Virus record (IMG/VR): IMGVR_UViG_3300022074_000038
Location: 1 to 61,593 of that record
Strand: one strand, 5' to 3'
DNA length: 61,593 bases
Source: a virus
Taxonomy: Duplodnaviria > Caudoviricetes
Part shown: positions 39,432 to 49,070 of the stretch, in pieces
Position numbering within the stretch: the stretch's first letter is position 1
Layout: each line of letters opens with the position of its first letter
The notes under the pieces: generated by a model
Databases searched by the model: none
What the model was told of the DNA's origin: nothing
What the model saw: only the letters and a program-made list of their open reading frames with translations
Position numbers and translations under genes: made by a program

Positions 39432-39872
39432 ATGGCTATGGGTAAGAAAGCAGAAAAGGTTTGGGCGTACATTGTGAAGCATCCAACGGCCTCTAATGCA
39501 AAAATTGCTAAAGCGTGTAAGTGTTCGCCATCTTATATACACCTGCTAAAGAAAAAGATCGGCACACCGAAAGAGGTGTTGGAAGAAGTAAATCTAACTG
39601 TAACACGTTCCGAAGTCCTCGACACAGCTAAAGACTATGTGACGAAGGATCGCGCTGCGGAGCATGGTGACATGGAGACTAACTTCAACACCATTTCGCG
39701 ATACTGGTCTGTGCATCTGGATGCGCAAATAACCCCGACAGATGTTGCGGTTATGATGAACCTGCTCAAGGTTGCGCGGATAAAGTCTAACCCAAAGTCT
39801 AAAGATAATTGGGTTGATGGTGCAGGGTACATGGCTTGCGGTGGAGAGATTGCCAGTGCCTTACGTGCGTAA
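39432..39872 (+). CDS. HTH + DUF6378-like protein
   Basis: N-terminal HTH (ASNAKIAKACKCSPSYI); DRAAEHG..NF..I...W, DVAVMM.LLKVAR, DNWVDGAGY. Confidence 0.7.
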   Translation: MAMGKKAEKVWAYIVKHPTASNAKIAKACKCSPSYIHLLKKKIGTPKEVLEEVNLTVTRSEVLDTAKDYVTKDRAAEHGDMETNFNTISRYWSVHLDAQITPTDVAVMMNLLKVARIKSNPKSKDNWVDGAGYMACGGEIASALRA

Positions 39873-39985
39873 GCCTAGTAAGCCTAGTAAGTCCAAGAAA
39901 GCAAAGATTGGGGCGGGTGTTTATGACGCTCGCTTCAACGACAAAAAAGTAACGCTATCCAAAGCACCGTGGGAGAACGACGAAG

Positions 39986-41812
39986 ATGGACATAGTGACG
40001 TTGGATTTCGAGACGTACTACGACAAGGAGTACAGCCTGTCGAAGATGACGACTGAAGAATACGTGCGTGATAAGCGTTTTGAGGTTATAGGCCTTGCGA
40101 TTAAAAAGAACAGTAAGCCTACTAAATGGATTACCAGACCAGCACTAATAGAAAGTTTACTATCACACATAGACTTCTCTAACAGTGCTATACTTTGCCA
40201 TAACACTATGTTTGATGGCGCAATACTTTCATGGCGGTACGGTGTAAAACCAAAAGTTTGGTTTGATACAATGTGTATGAGCCGTGCCCTACACGGTATA
40301 GAAACCAGTGCTTCTTTAAAAGCGGTAGCGGAACGCTACGGCGTAGGTGTTAAAGGTACAGAAGTTAATAACGCTAAAGGTAAACGCCAATCCGATTTTA
40401 CTGTACAAGAGCTTGCAAGCTACGGCGAATATGGAAAAAACGATGTAGATTTAACTCATAATTTATTTAGGATTATGGGGCAGGCGTTCCCTCGACAAGA
40501 ATTAAAGTTGATTGATTTAACTCTACGGATGTTCATTGAACCCACATTAGATTTGGATTTAGGATTGCTTGAGCAGCATTTAGAAGACACTCGTGAACGC
40601 AAAGACAAACTATTGCGCGACGCAAATGTCACCGACAAAAAAGATTTGATGTCAAACCCTAAGTTCGCCGACATGCTAAGAGAGCTTGGTGTGGAACCAC
40701 CTATGAAAATAAGCCCAACTACAGGCAAGCAGACATACGCTTTAGCCAAAGCTGATGAAGGTTTTAAAGCCTTACAAGAACATGAAGATGATAGGGTACA
40801 AACTTTAGTCGCTGCACGTTTGGGTAGCAAAAGTACCTTAGAGGAAACACGCACCGAGAGGTTTATATCTATTAGTAAACGTGGGCTTCTTCCGGTCCCT
40901 GTTAGATACTACGCTGCTCACACAGGTAGATGGGGCGGGGCCGATAAGATAAACTTACAAAATTTACCGAGCCGTGGGCCAAATGCAAAGAAGCTGAAAA
41001 AAGCATTGGTTGCTCCCGAAGGCTATACGCTCATAGATGCAGACAGCGCGCAGATTGAAGCTAGAGTTCTGGCATGGTTTGCAGGGCAAGATGATCTTAC
41101 AACTGCATTCGCAAACGGTGAGGATGTGTACATAAAAATGGCTGCACGTATATATGGATGTGAAGAAGAGGACGTTACGAAAGATCAACGCTTTGTAGGT
41201 AAAACTACTATCCTTGGCGCAGGCTACGGCATGGGGGCTGAGAAGTTTGGCACACAATTAAAGACGTTTGGGTATGAAGTATCACCTGACGAAGCAAGAA
41301 GAATTATAAAAATTTACCGCGATGCTAACTATAAAATTAGTAAGGTATGGCGCGATGCCCATTACATGGTGCAGCAGCTTACCAATGGTAGATCTGCTAT
41401 GTTTGGTCGAAAGGGCGTTGTTAAGGTATCGGGAGATAGCAGTTCATTAGTTATGCCTAATGGCCTTAGTATTATTTATGATAATCTAAATAGTGAACAA
41501 GGTGAAAAAGGTCTTGAGTATAGTTATAAAACTCGACGTGGGCGTACTAGAATATACGGCGGTAAGGTAATTGAGAACGTGTGCCAAGCACTAGCACGTT
41601 GTATTATAGGTGAGCAAATGTTAAGAATAAGTAAGAAACGCAAGGTTGTGCTTACCGTACACGACTCGATTGTTTGCTGTGTGAAGGATGAAGAAGTACC
41701 CGAAGCGCAAGCGTTTATTGAGGATTGTATGCGATGGACGCCTGACTGGGCAGTGGGCCTACCTGTAGATTGCGAGAGCGGCACAGGTAAATCATACGGA
41801 GATTGTGAGTGA
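39986..41812 (+). CDS. polA: DNA polymerase family A with 3'-5' exonuclease
   Basis: ExoI LDFETY, HNTMFD; TGRW..NLQNLP; motif A DSAQIEAR; motif B RFVGKTTILGAGYG; motif C TVHDS. Confidence 0.93.
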   Translation: MDIVTLDFETYYDKEYSLSKMTTEEYVRDKRFEVIGLAIKKNSKPTKWITRPALIESLLSHIDFSNSAILCHNTMFDGAILSWRYGVKPKVWFDTMCMSRALHGIETSASLKAVAERYGVGVKGTEVNNAKGKRQSDFTVQELASYGEYGKNDVDLTHNLFRIMGQAFPRQELKLIDLTLRMFIEPTLDLDLGLLEQHLEDTRERKDKLLRDANVTDKKDLMSNPKFADMLRELGVEPPMKISPTTGKQTYALAKADEGFKALQEHEDDRVQTLVAARLGSKSTLEETRTERFISISKRGLLPVPVRYYAAHTGRWGGADKINLQNLPSRGPNAKKLKKALVAPEGYTLIDADSAQIEARVLAWFAGQDDLTTAFANGEDVYIKMAARIYGCEEEDVTKDQRFVGKTTILGAGYGMGAEKFGTQLKTFGYEVSPDEARRIIKIYRDANYKISKVWRDAHYMVQQLTNGRSAMFGRKGVVKVSGDSSSLVMPNGLSIIYDNLNSEQGEKGLEYSYKTRRGRTRIYGGKVIENVCQALARCIIGEQMLRISKKRKVVLTVHDSIVCCVKDEEVPEAQAFIEDCMRWTPDWAVGLPVDCESGTGKSYGDCE

Positions 41813-42480
41813 GCATAGCACCTTGGTCGTTTAGTAAAGCTAAAGCTTTTGAAACGTGCCCAAAACAATTCTACCATGAAAAGATATTAAAACAATATCC
41901 TTTTGAAGAAACTGAGGCCATGCGATATGGCACTGAGTTTCACAAAGCATGTGAAAATTATATTGGGTCGAGTACCGCATTACCTCCACAATTTGAGTTT
42001 ATTAGAGCCACCCTTGACGCTTTGAACAACAAGCGCGGCGTTAAGATATGTGAAAAGAAGTTAGGTCTAACGGCTGATTTAAAACCATGCGATTTCTTTA
42101 ATGATCGTGTTTGGTTTAGGGGCATTGCGGATTTAATAATTGTAGATGTGTTAGCTGAAATTGCGTGGGTAATAGATTATAAGACAGGTAAGTCTGCAAG
42201 GTATGCAGATAAAGGTCAGCTTGAGCTTATGGCCCTGACAATATTTAAACATTATCCAGAAGTTAAAAAAGTTAAGGCTGGGCTACTATTTGTAGTAGCA
42301 AACAAGTTGATAAAAGAAGAGTATGAAATTTCTTCTGAACCTAATCTTTGGGAGAAATGGTTGGGAGTTTATGGTAGAATGGAGAAAGCGTTTGACACAG
42401 ATGTCTGGAATCCACGTCCTTCTGGTTTGTGCAAACGTCACTGCAAAGTTTTAGAATGTCCACATAACGGGAATAACTAA
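41809..42480 (+). CDS. PD-(D/E)XK Cas4-like exonuclease
   Basis: WSFS..F..CPKQF, GTEFH, RGIAD, IDYKTG, QL, C-terminal CxxxCxxxxC. Confidence 0.8.
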   Translation: MSIAPWSFSKAKAFETCPKQFYHEKILKQYPFEETEAMRYGTEFHKACENYIGSSTALPPQFEFIRATLDALNNKRGVKICEKKLGLTADLKPCDFFNDRVWFRGIADLIIVDVLAEIAWVIDYKTGKSARYADKGQLELMALTIFKHYPEVKKVKAGLLFVVANKLIKEEYEISSEPNLWEKWLGVYGRMEKAFDTDVWNPRPSGLCKRHCKVLECPHNGNN

Positions 42481-42767
42481 TGCCTTACAAAAACAAACCA
42501 AGACCGTACAAAAAAGAATATAAGCAACAAAAAGAAAGAGGTGAACACGAGGATCGCATGGAGCGGCAACGTGCGCGGCGTAAGATGGATAAGACTGGCA
42601 AGGATGCCAACAAGAACGGCAAAGCCGACAAGCGCGAGGGTAAAGATATCGCGCACAAGAAACCGCTCAGTAAGGGTGGCAAAAATAAAGACGGTGTAAA
42701 AGTACAAAGCCGCAAGAAAAATAGAGCCGCTGGCGGTGCTATGAGCAGTCCCAAGAAGAAACGGTAG
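42480..42767 (+). CDS. Small basic HNH-like protein
   Basis: DIAHKKPLSKGGKN....N motif. Confidence 0.55.
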   Translation: MPYKNKPRPYKKEYKQQKERGEHEDRMERQRARRKMDKTGKDANKNGKADKREGKDIAHKKPLSKGGKNKDGVKVQSRKKNRAAGGAMSSPKKKR

Positions 42768-42791
42768 TGAAACACTACCACGGAGAACAGT

Positions 42792-44327
42792 ATGGAAATT
42801 ATAAGGGATAAAGCGTTACTGCTAAATGTCCGTAATCCTAAACAGATCACGACAATAATCCCTAAAAGCAGGGAGTTGTCTATGAATAAAGTTATCGTAA
42901 ACTGGGGACTTGATGAAGTTCACAAACTATTAAGATTAAATATAAAGGCACCGTCACCTATTACTAGACGTTACAACTGGCCCGGACAATACAAGCCTTA
43001 CGAACATCAAAAAGACACTGCTGCATTTCTTACTAAAAATAAGAAAGCTTTCTGTTTTAATGAGCAGGGTACAGGTAAAACGGCCTCTGCTATATGGGCG
43101 GCTGATTACTTGATGAAGCAAGGGAAGGTAAATAGAGTTCTAGTTATCTGCCCACTATCTATTATGGATAGCGCATGGCGTAACGATCTATTCTCTTTTG
43201 CCATGCACCGCACTGTAGACGTTGCTTACGGCGGTAAAGAAAAGCGTAAGAAGATAATTAATAGTGGCGCTGAGTTCGTTGTAATTAATTATGATGGCAT
43301 TGACATTGTGAAGGAAGAAATAGCTAACGGTGGGTTTGATCTGTTTATTGTAGACGAAGCCACCCATTATAAAAACGCGCAAACTAAGCGTTGGAAAACC
43401 CTTAACAAGCTCATAGGAGAAGATGATTGGCTGTGGATGATGACAGGTACTCCTGCCGCACAGTCACCACTTGATGCGTATGGCCTAGCTAAAATGGTAA
43501 ACCACTTATCAGTTCCAAGGTTCTTTGGGTCGTGGCGTGATATGGTGATGTGGAAAGTGACACAATTTACTTGGAAGCCAAAAGAAACAGCAAAAGATAC
43601 CGTTTACAAAGTGTTGCAGCCAGCAATACGTTTTACTAAAGACGAATGTCTTGATTTGCCAGACATGACTTACACGAAACGATTTGTTGAAATGACAAAG
43701 CAGCAAACAAAATACTACGAAACGCTCAGAAAAAAGATGGTTATGGAAGTGGCAGGGGAAGAAGTGACCGCCACAAACGCTGCGATAAGTATGAATAAAC
43801 TCCTACAAATATCAGCGGGGGCTGTATACACTGACGATGGTGATACAGTGCGGTTTGATATTAAAAACAGATACCAAGCACTTAAAGAAGTTATAAACGA
43901 GAGTAGTCAGAAGGTACTAATATTTGTACCATTTAAGCATACAATCGATATGCTTGTAGAAGAGCTGACATCTGACGGCATAACGTCAGCAATCATACGA
44001 GGAGATGTTCCTGCGTCTAAAAGGACTGAGATATTCGCCCGCTTTCAAAATGATAAACACCCAGAAGTGTTAGTAATCCAACCTCAAGCTGCGGCACATG
44101 GGGTCACACTTACTGCGGCAAACACTGTGGTATGGTGGGGGCCGACACCTTCATTGGAAACCTACGCGCAAGCAAATGCAAGGGTCCACAGGTCAGGGCA
44201 AAAGCATAAATGTACAGTTATACAGCTCGCGGGGTCGAACGCAGAAAAACGTATTTACCGCCTTCTAGACGAGCGTATCAACATACACGCAGAAATGATA
44301 AATTTATACAAAGAAATACTTGACTAA
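42792..44327 (+). CDS. SNF2-family helicase
   Basis: EQGTGKT, DEATH, MTGTP, HGVTLT, QANARVHRSGQ. Confidence 0.9.
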   Translation: MEIIRDKALLLNVRNPKQITTIIPKSRELSMNKVIVNWGLDEVHKLLRLNIKAPSPITRRYNWPGQYKPYEHQKDTAAFLTKNKKAFCFNEQGTGKTASAIWAADYLMKQGKVNRVLVICPLSIMDSAWRNDLFSFAMHRTVDVAYGGKEKRKKIINSGAEFVVINYDGIDIVKEEIANGGFDLFIVDEATHYKNAQTKRWKTLNKLIGEDDWLWMMTGTPAAQSPLDAYGLAKMVNHLSVPRFFGSWRDMVMWKVTQFTWKPKETAKDTVYKVLQPAIRFTKDECLDLPDMTYTKRFVEMTKQQTKYYETLRKKMVMEVAGEEVTATNAAISMNKLLQISAGAVYTDDGDTVRFDIKNRYQALKEVINESSQKVLIFVPFKHTIDMLVEELTSDGITSAIIRGDVPASKRTEIFARFQNDKHPEVLVIQPQAAAHGVTLTAANTVVWWGPTPSLETYAQANARVHRSGQKHKCTVIQLAGSNAEKRIYRLLDERINIHAEMINLYKEILD

Positions 44328-44376
44328 GTATTATAAGTTACCATATAACAGTAACATAAATATAAAACGGAGAATA

Positions 44377-44769
44377 ATGATGGCGGTGACTGTCGAAAAG
44401 TTGGTCAAAGCGTATGTAAACATACGTTCCAAACGGTCAGAATTGAAGGCACAATTTGCTGAAGAAGATGACAAACTTGCGAGTAAGCAGGATAAACTAA
44501 AGCGCGCACTGCTAGACCATTGCAAAGAGCATAATGTCGATAGCGTCAAAACATCCTCGGGCCTGTTTTACCGTACAATTAAATCGCGCTACTGGACAAA
44601 TGATTGGGGATCTATGCACAAATTTATCATGGATCATAATCTTCCTGAGTTTTTTGAGAAGCGTTTAAATCAAACCCATGTACGACAGTTTCTTGAAGAG
44701 AACCCAGACCAAATGCCTTCGGGTTTAAACGTGGATTCTGAGTACGTTATTTCTGTGAGAAAAAAATGA
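44377..44769 (+). CDS. Conserved replication-module protein (coiled-coil N-terminus)
   Basis: GGAGAATA-ATG at 44377, within track ORF 44320..44769. Confidence 0.65.
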   Translation: MMAVTVEKLVKAYVNIRSKRSELKAQFAEEDDKLASKQDKLKRALLDHCKEHNVDSVKTSSGLFYRTIKSRYWTNDWGSMHKFIMDHNLPEFFEKRLNQTHVRQFLEENPDQMPSGLNVDSEYVISVRKK

Positions 44770-44987
44770 GTGATGTAGAAACCCCGTATACAAACATAAA
44801 CAAGGTCGCGGATTATTTCCAAGTATCTATTTCTACTATTAGAAAATGGATGCAAACAGGCGCGATCCCTGCGAATACATACATTAAAGTCGGCGAAGTA
44901 TATCGGTTTAGGCTTGATGATGTAGAAGCGGCGTTGACAGCCGCGCAAGAAAAGGGGCAAGATGATGCCCTTCTTACTGAAAATTAA
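44766..44987 (+). CDS. Excisionase-like (MerR-type) HTH protein
   Basis: VADYFQVSISTIRKW...GAIPA..IKVG..YRF. Confidence 0.75.
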   Translation: MSDVETPYTNINKVADYFQVSISTIRKWMQTGAIPANTYIKVGEVYRFRLDDVEAALTAAQEKGQDDALLTEN

Positions 44988-44998
44988 TGGAGAACAGT

Positions 44999-45889
44999 AT
45001 GTCAGACATGACTCTTTTTGAAGGGGGCAACTCCTTAGTATCCAGCGATCTGTTCAAACAATTACAGGGCGTTGATGATAATTTATCAGGTGGTTCTAAT
45101 AGCAATAGATCTCGCCGAATTAGTTTGCGGGGCGGTCGCTTTCGCCAGATCGTAGGTGGTGAACAAATAAACATTAAGAACGATGGTTTTTTAAATGTAG
45201 TTATTGTAAACGCTGCTAAATTATCACGTACTTACTACTCAGGATCTTACGATGCTGAAAATCCTTCCGCACCTACTTGTTGGTCACCTGACACACAAAA
45301 ACCTTCTTCTGATGTACCAAAAGATCAGATGCAGGCGTCTCGTTGTATGGAGTGTCCTCAAAACATTAAAGGTTCTGGTCAGGGAGAAACCAAGGCTTGT
45401 AGGTTTTCTCAACGTGTAGCAGTTTGTTTAGAGGGTGACATGGAGACAGTTTACCAACTGTCTTTACCCGCAACCTCTATTTTTGGTGATGCCAAAAATG
45501 GTAAGATGGGTATGCAAGCATATGTTAGACACTTAAAAGCTCATAAAACTCCATCCATTGCAGTAGTTACTACTATGGCTTTTGACGAGAATAGCGATAC
45601 CCCAAAACTATTCTTTAAAGCAGCTCGCCCTTTAACAGAAGAAGAGCTACATGAAGCTGTAAAGGCAAAAGATAGCGCAGAAGCTATTGATGCTATTACT
45701 CTAACGGTATCACAAGCTGATGGAGTTCAAGCGCGGGGGGGTGTGGTAAAAGACGATGAAGTGGATATTTATGATCCACCGCAATCGGAACCTGAACCGC
45801 AACCGAAGAAGGTCGCAAAAAAGAAAGAGGTGCCTGCTCCCTCTGATGATGACGACCTTTCTGCTATCGTTGATGACTGGGACGACTAA
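44999..45889 (+). CDS. Single-stranded DNA-binding / annealing protein (putative)
   Basis: Acidic C-terminal tail DDDDLSAIVDDWDD; Cys cluster (CWS, CMECP, ACR); lies just before the primase. Confidence 0.65.
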   Translation: MSDMTLFEGGNSLVSSDLFKQLQGVDDNLSGGSNSNRSRRISLRGGRFRQIVGGEQINIKNDGFLNVVIVNAAKLSRTYYSGSYDAENPSAPTCWSPDTQKPSSDVPKDQMQASRCMECPQNIKGSGQGETKACRFSQRVAVCLEGDMETVYQLSLPATSIFGDAKNGKMGMQAYVRHLKAHKTPSIAVVTTMAFDENSDTPKLFFKAARPLTEEELHEAVKAKDSAEAIDAITLTVSQADGVQARGGVVKDDEVDIYDPPQSEPEPQPKKVAKKKEVPAPSDDDDLSAIVDDWDD

Positions 45890-45975
45890 GGTCTAACAGT
45901 TGGGGTCATCAACGATAGATTTGTCGTGGCGGGTTGGACTGACCCCCAATCCGTCACGACATACGGAGCAGAGAA

Positions 45976-48792
45976 ATGGGAACCAAAGAATTTTTAGAAG
46001 GGGTACTCAGCAGTAGTGGTCACTATTGTGTATTTGCAGCACGAAGCGAAGACGATATAAGAATACAAAAGTTTTACGATACCATCGAAGAAGTTGAACG
46101 CGCAGCTTACAAGTTCGACAATGATGGGTTAGACGTTTATTTTGCGCTTGCAACCTTCAGAGAGCCGACCAACCGAAAAGGCGACAACGCACAAGAATTT
46201 AAATCTTTGTTTTTAGATTTGGATGTTGGACCGTCGAAAGAATATCCTACGCAGCAGCTCGCTGTAAGTGCGTTACGTAGTTTCTGTAAACAACTCTCTC
46301 TACCTAAACCTTTGATGGTGAATAGCGGTAGAGGTGTGCATGTGTATTGGCTATTGACCGAAGCAGTTTCGGTGGAGATATGGTTAGACGCAGCAGAGCG
46401 ATTAAAGAAAGCTTGCGCTGACAATGGATTACTTGCAGACCCTGCGGTCACAGCAGACGTGGCACGTATTTTACGTGTGCCAGATACACATAATTACAAA
46501 GACAACCCACCTCTACCTGTCAGTTTGTTTGGTGTAGACATACCAAAATCTGTAGTCCTGTCTGAGTTTGTAGAAAAGCTTGGCGTAATTTTGAAGCCAG
46601 TTATCAAGATAAACTTGGGGACAGACGCGCTATACGAAGCTTACGTCGAAAATTCTGAAAACATATTTAAAAAAATTATGCAAAAAACTATTGCGGGGCG
46701 TGGGTGCGCACAGCTTGGGTATATTGCAAGTAAGCAGACAGAAGTTAGTGAGCCACTTTGGAGGGCGGGTTTATCCATCGCAAAGTTTTGCGTGGACGGT
46801 GAAGAGGGCGCGACTAAAATATCTAGTAGGCACCCCGATTACAGCGAAGCAGAAATGCGCAAGAAGCTTGACGAAATTAAAGGGCCATATACCTGCGCAC
46901 GTTTTGACGAGTTAAGAGAAGGTGTTTGTCAGGACTGCCCATTATGGCAAGAAATAAAATCCCCAATCGTACTAGGTAAACGTATTCGGGAAAGTGAAGG
47001 AATAGTCAGTGTTTCAGTCCCCGTACAAGGAAAAAAGGACGATCAAGCCTTTGATATACCCGAGTACCCTAAACCGTACTTCAGGGGTGCAAACGGTGGC
47101 GTGTTTTTACGTGCAAGCAACGATGATGGTGATATCGAAGAAGAAGTAGTATACCATCACGATATATACATTACACGCCGCCTGCACGATCAGGAATTAG
47201 GTGAGACTTTGGTGTTTCGTCTACACTTACCAAAAGACGGTGTGCGTCAATTTAGTGTCCCACTCACGCACATTACATCTAGGGAAGAGTTTCGTAAAAG
47301 CATGGCGCATGAGGGCGTCACTGCATGGGGAAAGAGCTTAGAAAAACTTATGGCATATACAACAAAATGGGTAGATGAACTACAACGCACATCGGTTGCA
47401 GATGAAGCGCACCGTCAGTTTGGTTGGGTCGATGACGACATGGAGAAGTTTGTTCTTGGCGAAAAGCTTATTGAGGGTAGCAAGACAACATACAACCCGC
47501 CATCCTCAAAGACCGCAGGGCTTATGGATACTTTTGAGCCGAATGGCAGTAAAGAAAAAAGTATAGAACTACTTAACTTTTATAACAGGACGGGTTTTGA
47601 ACTGCATCAATACGTTGTGGGTGTTGGTTTTGGCTCCCCACTCATGGCATTGACGGGATTAAATAGTATGGCTGTTCATCTATACGGTGGTACGGGTGTA
47701 GGTAAAACTACAGCACAGTTTGCCGCTATGTCGATTTGGGGGCATCCAGAATTATTGACTTTACAAAAAGACGACACTCATAATTCACGGATGAATCGGG
47801 GTGAAGTAATGCACAGTTTACCTCTTGTATCTGATGAGATGACAAATGTAACAAGCAGAGAGATGTCGGAGTATGTTTACCAAGTGTCAGGTGGGCGACA
47901 GAAAAACAGGCTATCCGCAAATGGAAATGTAGAACGTGCTAGGGGGAAGCCTTGGAAACTGTTGGCACTAAGCTCTGGAAATACCAGTGCGTGGGAAACT
48001 CTGAGTAGGGATAAGGCTACACCGAAAGCAGAGATGCAGCGGTTGTTTGAAATTAAAGTGACTAAGATGATCCATACAACCGGAAACAATGCAGATACTT
48101 CAGATCTGCTTGAGGATCTAAAAAAGAACTATGGGCACCTTGGCACGGAGTATATCCAGTGGATAATAAACAATAGAGATGAGGCCCGTGCTATTGTTAA
48201 ACGTGCTAAAGAGCGTCTTGATGCAGCGGCTAAACTTGGCCCCGAAAATAGATTTTGGTCTAATGGTAACGCTGTTGTTCTGGCTGGCTTGATAATAGCA
48301 AAGCAGCTTGGGTTCATCCAGTATGACGTAGGTAAAGTATATAAGTGGATAGTTGCCGAACTGATACGTCGAAATAGTTTTGTCAATGAAATCGGTGCAT
48401 CGGTAGCAGAAACATTAAACAACTACTTGTCAGAAAACTACAACAACCTATTAAAGATTGAAAGTACAGAAGATCTTCGTGGTAAAAACGATAACGGCCT
48501 AGACCAACTAATGCCTGTAACAGCAGCGCCTCGCGGTGCGTTGGTAGCGAGATACGAACCAGATACACAGTTACTATTTTTACGTATTAAACCATTCAAA
48601 GAGTGGTGCGTAGATCAGCAAATTAACTATGCTTCAGTTGTTGATGACCTAAAAGACAAGATGGGGGCAAAGCGTGTGAAGAAGCGTCTTACCAAAGGCA
48701 CTGACCTAAACATGCCGCCACAAGATGTTCTTGAGTTAAAGTTTGCAGCGTTTGACGAGGGGGAAGATGGATCAAAAGGTGATGAAGCTTGA
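45976..48792 (+). CDS. Primase-helicase (AEP-type primase + DUF927 / P-loop domain)
   Basis: FLDLD, NSGRGVHVYW, RILRVP, Cys cluster, Walker A GGTGVGKT, LVSDE. Confidence 0.85.
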   Translation: MGTKEFLEGVLSSSGHYCVFAARSEDDIRIQKFYDTIEEVERAAYKFDNDGLDVYFALATFREPTNRKGDNAQEFKSLFLDLDVGPSKEYPTQQLAVSALRSFCKQLSLPKPLMVNSGRGVHVYWLLTEAVSVEIWLDAAERLKKACADNGLLADPAVTADVARILRVPDTHNYKDNPPLPVSLFGVDIPKSVVLSEFVEKLGVILKPVIKINLGTDALYEAYVENSENIFKKIMQKTIAGRGCAQLGYIASKQTEVSEPLWRAGLSIAKFCVDGEEGATKISSRHPDYSEAEMRKKLDEIKGPYTCARFDELREGVCQDCPLWQEIKSPIVLGKRIRESEGIVSVSVPVQGKKDDQAFDIPEYPKPYFRGANGGVFLRASNDDGDIEEEVVYHHDIYITRRLHDQELGETLVFRLHLPKDGVRQFSVPLTHITSREEFRKSMAHEGVTAWGKSLEKLMAYTTKWVDELQRTSVADEAHRQFGWVDDDMEKFVLGEKLIEGSKTTYNPPSSKTAGLMDTFEPNGSKEKSIELLNFYNRTGFELHQYVVGVGFGSPLMALTGLNSMAVHLYGGTGVGKTTAQFAAMSIWGHPELLTLQKDDTHNSRMNRGEVMHSLPLVSDEMTNVTSREMSEYVYQVSGGRQKNRLSANGNVERARGKPWKLLALSSGNTSAWETLSRDKATPKAEMQRLFEIKVTKMIHTTGNNADTSDLLEDLKKNYGHLGTEYIQWIINNRDEARAIVKRAKERLDAAAKLGPENRFWSNGNAVVLAGLIIAKQLGFIQYDVGKVYKWIVAELIRRNSFVNEIGASVAETLNNYLSENYNNLLKIESTEDLRGKNDNGLDQLMPVTAAPRGALVARYEPDTQLLFLRIKPFKEWCVDQQINYASVVDDLKDKMGAKRVKKRLTKGTDLNMPPQDVLELKFAAFDEGEDGSKGDEA

Positions 48793-48994
48793 TGATCTAA
48801 ACCCTGACGGGCTACGGATCACTGTAAATTGGGATGGTATGGATGTTGGTTCGTCTTTCTTTGTACCGTGCGTTAATACCGATATGGGCGCAAAACAATT
48901 AAAAAGTGTGGCAAAAATGAAATCTTGGGAGTTTAATATACAAATTTGCATAGAAAATCAAAAACTAGGTTTGCGTGTATGGAGAACTTTGTGA
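48767..48994 (+). CDS. Small hypothetical protein
   Basis: MDVGSSFFVP...GLRVWR motif; GAGGGGGA RBS before ATG 48767. Confidence 0.6.
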   Translation: MDQKVMKLDDLNPDGLRITVNWDGMDVGSSFFVPCVNTDMGAKQLKSVAKMKSWEFNIQICIENQKLGLRVWRTL

Positions 48995-49040
48995 TATACA
49001 AAATGGGACAACTGTTCCTTCATGTTGTTCTCCATTGACT

Positions 49041-49069
49041 GGCCTCCACTATATGTGGGGGCCTTTTTT
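49041..49069 (+). terminator. Rho-independent terminator where the two arms converge
   Basis: GGCCTCCAC-tatat-GTGGGGGCC followed by T6. Confidence 0.8.
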
Positions 49070-49070
49070 G

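Noticed and set aside
39814-40056. Small ORF between the DUF6378-like gene and polA
   Set aside because: A GTG start at 39856 with an upstream GGAG is possible, but the ORF overlaps polA by ~70 nt; support is insufficient to list it.
41809-42480. Cas4-like nuclease as part of the RAMP system
   Set aside because: It is coupled to polA in a standard phage replication module; nothing links it to the array.
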